Assembly (NCBI GenBank): GCA_903813345.2
Contig: CAIIXF020000001.1
Span: 41,168,001-41,232,000 of the forward strand
Direction of reading: 5' to 3'
Length of the DNA: 64,000 bases
Source of the DNA: Owenia fusiformis
Taxonomy: Eukaryota
Position numbers and translations under genes: made by a program. This document shows positions 54,133 to 64,000 of this stretch, in pieces (the first letter of the stretch is position 1; each line of letters starts with the position of its first letter). Below the pieces are notes generated by a model. That model was not told where the DNA came from. It made no database searches and saw only the letters and a list, made by a program, of their open reading frames with translations.

Positions 54133-54348
54133 CAGGCCCGTAGCCAGGGGGGGGGGTTCAATCAAATCCCTCCCCCCCCCCGCCTGGCCAAAAAATCTTT
54201 CAAAATTATGCAGTTTTTCACCATTCTATCATTCTGAGCACTTTTTAAGTGATTTTGGCCATTTTTGGACCAAAATTGTCACAAGTGAACCCCTCCTGAA
54301 TTTTTTCAAAAAAGTGGACCCCCTTGGCAAATCCTGGCTACGGGCCTG
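54133..54348. mobile_element. Short GC-rich MITE, 5-bp TSD (hAT5-like), same TIR family as 20244-20430
   Basis: ATCAG|CAGGCCCGTAGCCAGG...CCTGGCTACGGGCCTG|ATCAG. Confidence 0.85.
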
Positions 54349-54857
54349 ATCAGATACTGTAACCAATGTTGTCTCATGCACTTTTCATAACTGAATCTCT
54401 GATCTGCCTTAGCCAACCAGAGGCTGGCCTTAAAAAAAACCCTATCAGTTAGCATGGCTCTCCTCTTCTTAGAGTTTGCTCTAATTGGTGGCAAAGAACT
54501 CGGGGTAGAAACTCAAATATGGTTGCGTTTGGAGAAGCGTCATCTATATTGAAGACAAAAGCTTCTGTCACGATCTATATGTGAGATAAATTAACGATGT
54601 ATACATTTGAATTGATTACTTTGATACACAAACCACCTCCCAATGGCCTTTATTTATAACTAAAATAAATAATGAATTTAATACATTTTAAAATAAACAG
54701 ACAGTGCTGAATAAATAAAATACAATATAGTACATGTATTAAATAATACAGAAATGTTTTAACGACACTACTATGGTAATCTGAACTATTGTTTTGTATT
54801 TTTTTGTTCTATTTTTATATAATTCAACTAAATTAGTGTTTGGTGACATCAAAGTCT

Positions 54858-55010
54858 ACAAGGCATTAACTGGCAAAATGTCACCACCTGTCATTTGTTA
54901 CAGATGCCAAATGCCAAACACCAACTGCTGAACACCAAATGCCACCTACAAAAAGTGGACTATAAAAGACTATAACAATATGTAACCACTTGTGGTGGTG
55001 ACATAAAAAT
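54858..55010 (+). mobile_element. Short Helentron/HINE-like element without core repeats
   Basis: ACAAGGCATTAAC..CAAAATGTCACCACC head, GCCAAA microsatellite-like tract, end GGTGGTGACATAAAAA (subterminal inverted repeat). Confidence 0.6.
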
Positions 55011-56230
55011 GTTGAGGCGAAGTCTTAACTATGAAATACTTTGGATGAGAAATCATATGTGTAAAATATATATAATGGAAACTCTGATGTTGACGTTATG
55101 TGCAAGCAGATCAAACCACATCAGGTCATCCTTAAAATTACTGCATTATTCTGATTGCACTATCATACATCATCTTGATCTAAAAACACAACTACAAAAT
55201 AATTACTAGTCTCCACTATTTCCCTACTTTAATACACACATATATAAGCATTGTAAATTCATATATGATAAAATAACTACAATTTAGTTCAAGACGCATG
55301 AGTATGAGGTCCTTGCGTTTGTTCATCTGTGTATTGTGACGCAAGTCACGTACAGCAATTATAATTGATCCTTTATGTAATTATTGTAAATTACACTACA
55401 ATTAACATGACATCATATCATAATAATTATACACTATACATGATATAATACAATACAAGATTTCAGCGAGATGGGCAACGTCGAGGAATAGATCAGAAAT
55501 TACATGTAAAGACAAGAGATGACTTGAGGGAAACTTTATAGAATATTGCCACAATTCTGGACAATGTCGAAATCTAAATTATAGAATATAGTCTAAACCA
55601 AAATACACATTCATAAATTTTTTTAACTCATAAAATAATTGTCCAATATCAACATTCAAAAAGCAAATATTTTTTCATACTTGTGACTTTTTTGTTACAT
55701 TTATCCACACAAGAAATGTTTTTGATGAAAGGAAATTGGAAAGTGTGGTTTAAATGCAACTGAAGCTTGGTAGCCATTTTTGATCAGTGTAGTATAGAAC
55801 TGGAGTATTTCCTCAAGGTTTCCCATGAAACATGCCTTTGCAATTTGAACGGCCAGGAAAACTGATTACCTTAATTCTTCACTATTTTTTCAGGTGATAT
55901 CCAGAGGTTTGAACCATGCCATCTATATATATGTGTCATAAAGGAAACATTCAGGGTATACTATATATTACAGTGCTTAGCAATGAAGGGCTTTAACTTG
56001 ATTTTTAATCACATGCTTATTTTTACATTCTGACTACAGTTAATTAACAGCATATTATCACAATACACTACCGAATAAATTAGCTATATATTATAAATAA
56101 AGTACATAAGTTATATCCACCAATGTGCATGAATGACAGTTTCCCCAATATTATTTCAAATTGTAATATTTTGACACAATGATTTTAACTTCCGGCAATT
56201 GTACCAGATACAAACACTAACGCAAGTCAC

Positions 56231-56618
56231 AACAACAAATTAACATGACAAAATGACACCACCTAGTTGCTCACAATATTATGAGTTCAATCTTAAGTCA
56301 GATTTGAATTTCTGAAAACTTGTAGGTGATTTTGAAAAAAAAATTGTTCAATTTGAAGCAAGTTGAAAAAATACCTTTTTTGACCTTGAGAAGGTCATTG
56401 AAGGTCAAATCTCAAATCTAAAGTCAGATTTGAACTTCTAAGATCTTGTAGATGAATTTGAAAAAATGGTCAATTTGAAGCAAGTTGAAAGAAAACCTTT
56501 TTGTTGACCTTGAGAAGGTCATTGAAGGTCAAATCTTAAATATAAAGTCAGATTTGAGCTTCTGACAACTTGTAGATGATTTTGAAAACAATTGAAGTTG
56601 GTGGTGGTGACATAAAAA
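56231..56618 (+). mobile_element. HINE-like element with ~2.5 core repeats
   Basis: Same head (TTAACATGACAAAATGACACCACCTAGTTGCTC) and satellite unit as 59036-61560; end GGTGGTGACATAAAAA. Confidence 0.7.
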
Positions 56619-57925
56619 TTGTGGCTGTTACAATATGTCACTACTTCATAGAGTGGTCATAAACATAAAGGCAAAAATACAAGCTTGCTAAAGTGTGTCT
56701 AATTGAGATCCATGGTATATATATGAAATACAACACAAATATCAGAAGAGAAGGTATAAAATATCTACCATTTGAGTAAATCTGCAAAAACCTGGATATT
56801 TTAGTTTGTAAAACATGTAAAATTAAGTTTGGAAAACAACAGTTTGCCATTCCAGTGGTGTGTACATACATAGCACCTATAACCTGAATTGTAATGACAT
56901 TGTCACATCATCAAAAGAGGTTTTCTTCAGTTGATGCAATTCCTTGCATTTGGGGAAGGTACACATAAATCACAATCAATTTGAATTAAATTAATGTGTG
57001 CCCATTTTGCTTCAAAGAAACTTTAAATTAGCCAAACATGATAGCCGTAAGATTTTAAAATCGCAAAAACACGAAATATAAAAGAGTTGAAAATTAGTAT
57101 TACATTTAATTGCACTGTTGCAGGCTATAACAAACTATCATGTTTGGAATAAGCTGAAAAATTAGGATGAAAACGGCAAGAAAAAATGACGAATGATCTA
57201 CTGGTAGGTTCTACATCAGATCTTTTCTGTAAAAAAGCTTATATCAAAAGCATTTTAATTTGTTTCATCTAAAATACAAAACCAAAAGAGTGTTCAGTGA
57301 TATTTCAATCAATTTCCACAAATATCGAATCCATGTGTTTTAGTGGAAGCATCACCAAGGTTACACACTCTAGCATATTTTCAAATTCATATCACATTCA
57401 CAACTTAGTTTTTTAACTTTGAATAACATCAAAATTGTCAATTGTTGGTCAGTCTAACATGTTTCATTTTAAGCATGCCCTACAAACAATATTAAACCAG
57501 CTGAAGAGAGTGGGATGATGATTTTTCGTTATATCACACATCCATTTTAATTATTCAAATTAATATCACTTGTTCAGTCATGGAATACGTCACTGGATTT
57601 ATCACCCTATTATTCATAAAATCCATAATTGTATAATTATTTGCTGCTCCATTGTATCTATCACTAGCTCCCTCGCTGTATTCAACCATAGGCTGCATGT
57701 ATATAAGCTAATAGCCTGATTTTGTTTTCAGTCCTCAAATTAATAATAATCACAACTGTGTCTAAATAATAACTTAAATAAATATAAATGATGCTTGTCT
57801 CTGTTGATCTCAAGGTTCAACCACATATTAGTAGCAAGCCCCTTTAGCTAATATCTTCATTGTAAATATATATATATGTTCATTGGATTCAGTATTGTGC
57901 TTATTGTGGCCAACATTTACTGCAA

Positions 57926-60900
57926 TCACACAAACTCAAACCCTTCATCCCCATCGGCTTCAATCTCTTGATGTTCTGTGCTATGTAGTTGTTTGAGGAT
58001 GCCACCTGCTAGTTCTTTGATAGCCTCACTATGGTGAGAGACCAGGATGTCATCTAGTTGCTCAAGCATATGGCTCTGACTGTACACTGTACGGAAATGG
58101 TCATCTAAATTAAAAAATAATTGATTACATGTAAAAAGCTTGATGATAGCAAAATATGTTTAGAATATCTCATATCTGGAATTTTGTTTAAATATCAAAC
58201 TACTGCTTAACCGTTCAGTGATTTAAAAAATGTACTGGGTGAATAAGTTTTTGATTTTATTTTTTTATTCTAAAATTATAAAAGCATTTGTCAAAATTCT
58301 TAAAATGCAGAGATCGATTGGTGTGGTTTTGTGAAGGGCAAGCACAAAGGGCCTGACAAATTGAGAACTCTCAAACCATATATTATCATTCTTACCTTTT
58401 ATCAGCTGTTGAACAGTCCAAAGGGTAATATGTACATAACTTGGTTGAGGGTTGTTCAAAAACTTTTCTATGTACAAAAACAGAGCAGGAATGTTTCTCT
58501 CTAGTAAGTCTTCGGGTATCCCTTTAAATAAATCATTGTTTTTAGCATTAAGTATCTAATTTGCCATTGTAAAACACTCCAGGTGAAATGAATTTAATTT
58601 TTTTTCATTCAATTAATAAAATTAATAAAAAACTGTTATCAACTGTTACTTCTCGGTTGGACAAATTGTCGACAGCCAATGTGAACCATAAAAAGACAAA
58701 TGTTTTACAGATAATGATTTTATTCAGTGAACCCTACAAATGCACACAACTGGAGGTTGTCTGGTATCCCTCCACCAAAAGTAGTGCAAATATGCAAATC
58801 AATGGTGTAGTGATACCAACTATGGCCATGGATATGAGTATACCTAGTACTGCTAATTGTCCTATAGCCCCTGCACTGTTGTATTGGACCTCTGGTTCCT
58901 GACTGGATGAGGCGAGATAGACCATCTTACTGAACAGCTTGCCTTGGCTGAATCCCATTGTACGCTCCTTAGCTACTTCTGCAAAATGTGAAAATTATGT
59001 GTTTATTGGATTCTAAAATTATAATATAAGTTACAAAACAAGGCATTAACATGACAAAATGTCACCACCTAGTTGCTCACAATATAATGAGTTCAAACCT
59101 AAGTCAGATTTGAATTTCTGAGAACTTGTAAAGTCAAAGGACGATTCTCGGTTTGGAGAACGAAGTTCATCAATCTAAATGAGCATTATCCCTGCTTCGG
59201 ACAAATTTGATTTTTGTACATAACATAGATTTGAATGTCTTCTTTTGAATAGTCATAATTTAATTTGGGTAATATTTCTAGATTTTTCGCAAAAAAATAT
59301 TAGCGCAATACACTGATGAACTTCTTTCCCCAAATCGAGACTTGTATTTTATTGAATCGGTCAAATTGAGCGTTATCCCTGCTTCAGACCAATTTGTTAT
59401 TTTTACATCTAGTAGATTTAAATGTCCTCTTTTGAATATTCATAGTTCAATTTGGGTAATATTTCTATATTTTTCATGAAAAAAATTATGAGCCCAGGAG
59501 ACTGTTCTCCAAACCGAGAATCGTCCTTTGAACTTCTGAAAAGATGTAGATGATTTTGAAAAAAAAATTTGGTCAATTTGAAGCAAGTTGAAAACAGACC
59601 TTTTTTACCTTTTTTTACCTTCTCAAAGGTCAAATGTCAAATCTAAAGTCAGATTTGAATTTCTGAGAACATGTAGATGATTTTGAAAAAAAAAATTAGT
59701 CAATTTGAAGCAAGTTGAAAAAAGACCTTTTTGACCTTTTTTGACCTTGAGAAGGTCATTGAAGGTCAAATTTCAAATCTAAAGTCATATTTGAATTTCT
59801 GAGAACATGTAGATGATTTTGAAAAAAAATTTAGTCAATTTGAAGCAAGATGAAAAAATACCTTTTTGACCTTTTTTGACATTGAGAAGGTCATTGAAGG
59901 TCAAATGTCAAATCTAAAGTCAGATTTCAATTTCTGAGAACATGTAGATGATTTTGAAAAAAAAATTTAGTCAATTTGAAGCAAGTTGAAAAAAGACCTT
60001 TTTGACCTTTTTTGACTTTGAGAAGGTCATTGAAGGTCAAATGTCAAATCTTAAGTCAAATCTAAAGTCAGATTTTAATTTCTGAGAACACGTAGATGAT
60101 TTTGAAAATTTTTTTTAGTCAATTTGAAGCAAGTTGAAAACAGACCTTTTTGACCTTTTTTGACCTTGAGAAGGTCATTGAAGGTCAAATGTCAAATCTT
60201 GAGTCAAATCTTAAGTCAGATTTGAATTTCTGAGAACACGTAGATGATTTTGAAAAAAAAATTTAGTCAATTTGAAGCAAGTTGAAAAAAGACCTTTTTG
60301 ACCTTTTTTGACTATGAGAAGGTCATTGAAGGTGAAATGTCAAATCTTAAGTCAAATCTAAAGTCAGATTTGAATTTCTGAGAACACGTAGATGATTTTG
60401 AAAAAAAAATTTAGTCAATTTGAAGCAAGTTGAAAACAGACCTTTTTGACCTTTTTTGACCTTGAGAAGGTCATTGAAGGTCAAATGTCAAATCTTGAGT
60501 CAAATCTTAAGTCAGATTTGAATTTCTGAGAACACGTAGATGATTTTGAAAAAAAAATTTAGTCAATTTGAAGCAAGTTGAAAAAAGACCTTTTTGACCT
60601 TTTTTGACTATGAGAAGGTCATTGAAGGTGAAATGTCAAATCTTAAGTCAAATCTAAAGTCAGATTTGAATTTCTGAGAACACGTAGATGATTTTGAAAA
60701 AAAAATTTAGTCAATTTGAAGCAAGTTGAAAAAAGACCTTTTTGACCTTTTTTGACTATGAGAAGGTCATTGAAGGTGAAATGTCAAATCTTAAGTCAAA
60801 TCTAAAGTCAGATTTGAATTTCTGAGAACACGTAGATGATTTTGAAAATTTTTTTTAATCAATTTGAAGCAAGTTGAAAACAGACCTTTTTGACCTTTTT

Positions 60901-63630
60901 TGACCTTGAGAAGGTCATTGAAGGTCAAATGTCAAATCTTAAGTCAAATCTTAAGTCAGATTTGAATTTCTGAGAACACGTAGATGATTTTGAAAAAAAA
61001 ATTTAGTCAATTTGAAGCAAGTTGAAAACAGACCTTTTTGACCTTTTTGACCTTGAGAAGGTCATTGAAGGTCAAATGTCAAATCTTAAGTCAGATTTGA
61101 ATTTCTGAGAACACGTAGATGATTTTGAAAAAAAAATTTAGTCAATTTGAAGCAAGTTGAAAACAGACCTTTTTGACCTTTTTTGACCTTGAGAAGGTCA
61201 TTGAAGGTCAAATGTCAAATCTAAAGTCAGATTTGAAGGTCAAATGTCAAATCTAAAGTCAGATTTGAATTTCTGAGAACATGTAGATGATTTTGAAAAA
61301 AAATTTAGTCAATGTGAAGCGAGTTGAAAAAAGACCTTTTTGACCTTGAGAAAGTCATTGAAGGTCAAATGTCAAATCTAAAGTCAGATTTGAACTTCCG
61401 AGAACATGTAGATGATTTAGAAAAAAATTGAAGTCAGTCTAAACAGTATTTGTTAAGTTATAGGAAGTTGTAAGAAATTGTTACAGACGCCGGACGCCAA
61501 CCGCCGGACGCCAACCACCAACCGCCGTCGCAAAAAAAACGGAGACCATAACAATATGTCTTAGAAATGAATATCAAACTTAAGCTATTGTTCTAAAATG
61601 CATGCTAAGCCTTATGAATGTTATTAGAAATTAATACCAATTTTATTATGCATCGAACTTTTAGAATTGAATAAAATTAAGACACACCTTCATCGTTAAG
61701 TACCACAAGGGCAGCAGTACACTCTGTGAGTACACGTACATCATGCCTGGGGTCAAGTATCACAGCACCCAGTGCCTCAATGCATCCCTTTACTACTAGA
61801 GCATGGATGTTCTCCCCTGCTCCAAGATTACGGATCGTACCTGGAAAATCAACATTGTCATACAGGTATGTATGAGTGTGGGGTTTCTTGAAAGCCCATG
61901 GTATGAAGATGGATTAAAACATGTTTCTCAAACATGTGAAATGTGGACAAAAAGGACAAAAATAAGTAACTCTCAAGTTATACCTGATTAAACATAGGTA
62001 GCCACTTGAATTCTCAAGTGAATTTATTAGAACTTATCAATGCTCTTATTTCATTCCAATGCATCTAATGGGGCTTCATTTCTATTGAAAGGACAGAGTG
62101 CATATCATATTATTGTCATGTTACTTTCACTTTAAATTGGCTATTGAATAGATTCATGAATTTTTCATTTCATTTAATAAAATTGTTTCAATTAAGAAAA
62201 TAAATGAGAAAAAAATCAAAACTAGAAAACAGCAACTCAACAGAGTAGTAAATCCCACCAAACAAAAATGTTTTGATAAATAGTGGCCATATTAAAAATT
62301 CCTTCTCGCCCCGAACTCCCCTGTCGCTAGGTATCAGCATATAAAATTTGAGTTATCAAAGATTACATATTTACAAAAAAATGGCCGCCATTTTAAAATT
62401 TAGCAGCTATCTTAAAAACTCTTCTTCAGCAAAGCTCTTTTGTCCTTTGGCAGCATATAAAATTTGAAAAAATCTGTCAACTAGCATTTGAGTTATCAAA
62501 AATTAATTTTTTTACAAAAAATGGTGGCCATTTTGAATTGAGTGGCCATATTGAAAACTACTTCTCAAGCAGAGGTCCTATACCCGAACAAACATTAGAC
62601 AGACGGCATCTTGTAATATATAGATACACTGTCCCACATGTTTTGTCAAAGGGCAACTGAAGCATACAATCTTTCCACAAAGACAGACGGACAAACTCAC
62701 AGACAGACTCCGTTCGATGGAATAATAAGTGAAAAGATTGGAAGAGTGTGGAAGAAAAACTGGCATCATAAAACATGTGTAATGTTTTACAGGTTCTATT
62801 ATCTTTTAATATTTCATTTCACAAAAGAAGCTCCACAAATGGCTGTTCCATTGTGTTAACTTACCCGCAGCATGGCACTGGGCCTCAGGATTGGAGAAAT
62901 CTTTCAAAGTTTTACACAGCTCCACAACAAATGTTTCAGATATAATAGGACCCTGGAATACAATACAACCAACATGATTGAAGAAATAACGAATTTGAAA
63001 ACAATAAAAAAAATAGCAAAAAACATTGTATTCACACAGACATCCCTGTATTTCATTTTCTGCCATTTTTTTCAAAATCCATTAATGTTTAATCACTATC
63101 AAAAAAGAACATGCAAAATAAACATATGTTGTTAACTAGATCACCATGTGATATTTGATAATCCATCGGGACACAACTTAAATCATTTAATATCAAGGTA
63201 TAAAGTTTATACCGTATTGCCTGGTCAGGAATTGAATATGGGTTTTATATCTTGGTCAATACGATATTTCTATATATATATTGGCACTCGATGTAAAACC
63301 CCAATTCAATAACTTTCAGTAAACAACCTATATTCATCAAAATAATCATATTATATTGGTTTCCAGTGAGAAACGGGTAAACACTCTGAACTGTATCAAA
63401 ATCATACTGAACTACAGGGCATTTGAAATAGTCATCATGATGTAACTCACCTCATTGGCTTTATGTATAGATAAATTACGTAAACAGGCTAAAGCTGCAC
63501 ATAGCGTCTCACCCTCAGATTTACACACTGTGTCGTGTAATACCTGAAGACCCCTTAGCTGAGTTATAAGAATCTGATTGTCTCCGTCTGATGCGAGATT
63601 CCTCAAAGCCAAACATGACTGACAAATCAC
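57926..63630 (-). CDS. vac8: Vac8-like armadillo-repeat protein, C-terminal 286 aa (5' exons outside window). Exons 63451-63630, 62865-62952, 61688-61840, 58844-58978, 58396-58521, 57926-58104
   Basis: GT-AG introns with compatible phases (861 nt including TGA). Motifs VICQSCLALRNLASD, ALACLRNLSIHKANEGPII, EAQCHAAGTIRNL, TECTAALVVL, EVQYNSAGAIGQL, YVHITLWTVQQL follow the order of fungal Vac8 ARM repeats as I recall them. Orthology not tested. Confidence 0.9.
59135..59530. mobile_element. MITE inserted in the first satellite unit
   Basis: 27-bp perfect TIR CAAAGGACGATTCTCGGTTTGGAGAAC; internal ~185-bp direct duplication; TSD unclear. Confidence 0.8.
59540..61430. repeat. Satellite array, ~14 units of mostly 136-148 bp
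   Basis: TAGATGATTTTGAAAA recurs at about 59547, 59674, 59810, 59945, 60093, 60241, 60388, 60537, 60685, 60833, 60980, 61116, 61284 and 61409. Confidence 0.97.
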
Positions 63631-64000
63631 CTGTAAAAAAAGATGAAATTGTATTACTTCAAAATTGTCGACAATTATCAACTATTTATTTTAATAAAAT
63701 ATTGTAAAGAAATTTGCCTCATACTGCTGTCCCGAACTCCAATTTCGCTATTCGTCTAGGAAAAAAAAAGGTTTGTCAGTATTATTTTGTAACAGACAGG
63801 GGCCTAAAACAAAACTACAGAAATAGTACTGGTGCACACAGCTAAGCTTATGTTCCACAAAAAGTAACCCAGTAGCCTCCCTTGGCCCCCAGAAAAGCAA
63901 TATACATGTAGATGTAGGGATGTGAGAAGGGAGTCTCAGGTACCTGAACAAGAAACACTATAACCCACATTGGTCGCAATTAAGCGTATGGCCCCCTGTG

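Larger units (their letters stand above)
59036..61560 (+). mobile_element. HINE/Helentron-like element carrying an expanded tandem array, in a Vac8-like intron
   Basis: Head AAACAAGGCATTAACATGACAAAATGTCACCACC, core repeats, then GACGCCGGACGCCAACC microsatellite-like tract and CATAACAATATGT shared with the 54858 copy. Confidence 0.7.

Noticed and set aside
58734..58843. Hydrophobic extension GILISMAIVGITTPLICIFALLLV suggesting a transmembrane Vac8-like isoform
   Set aside because: It is read-through of the intron after the donor at 58843; the spliced path continues with conserved motifs. Intron retention cannot be shown from DNA alone.
59540..61430. CRISPR-like regular array
   Set aside because: Whole units repeat with no unique spacers, the context is eukaryotic and no cas genes are present.
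63748..63951. Possible further Vac8-like exon (acceptor-like TTCTTGTTCAG near 63944, minus strand)
   Set aside because: The frames I read give no ARM-like sequence and I found no matching donor.

Overview
AT-rich, repeat-dense animal genomic DNA with spliceosomal introns, most likely a lophotrochozoan invertebrate (inferred from the NPF peptide sequence; species not determinable). Three spliced genes can be reconstructed by hand. (1) A neuropeptide F/Y precursor (+, CDS from 36805) encoding a predicted 36-residue RPRFamide. (2) A complete 7-exon, 312-aa SDR16C-type retinol-dehydrogenase-like gene (+, 42197-49595). (3) The last six exons of an armadillo-repeat protein co-linear with fungal Vac8 (-, 57926-63630; 5' part lies beyond the window). 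The first ~33 kb has no recognisable host gene and is a mosaic of nested non-autonomous DNA transposons: a 4.8-kb hairpin-shaped Academ relic, PIF/Harbinger-, Kolobok- and Tc1/mariner-type MITEs, two MITE families with 5-bp TSDs, LINE relics and a tRNA-derived SINE. A Helentron/HINE-like element inside a Vac8-like intron has amplified a 136-148 bp satellite whose units carry clustered AGGTCA half-sites. I found no convincing wholly new multi-gene system; the best leads are listed as findings. Family assignments come from remembered motifs, not from database searches.
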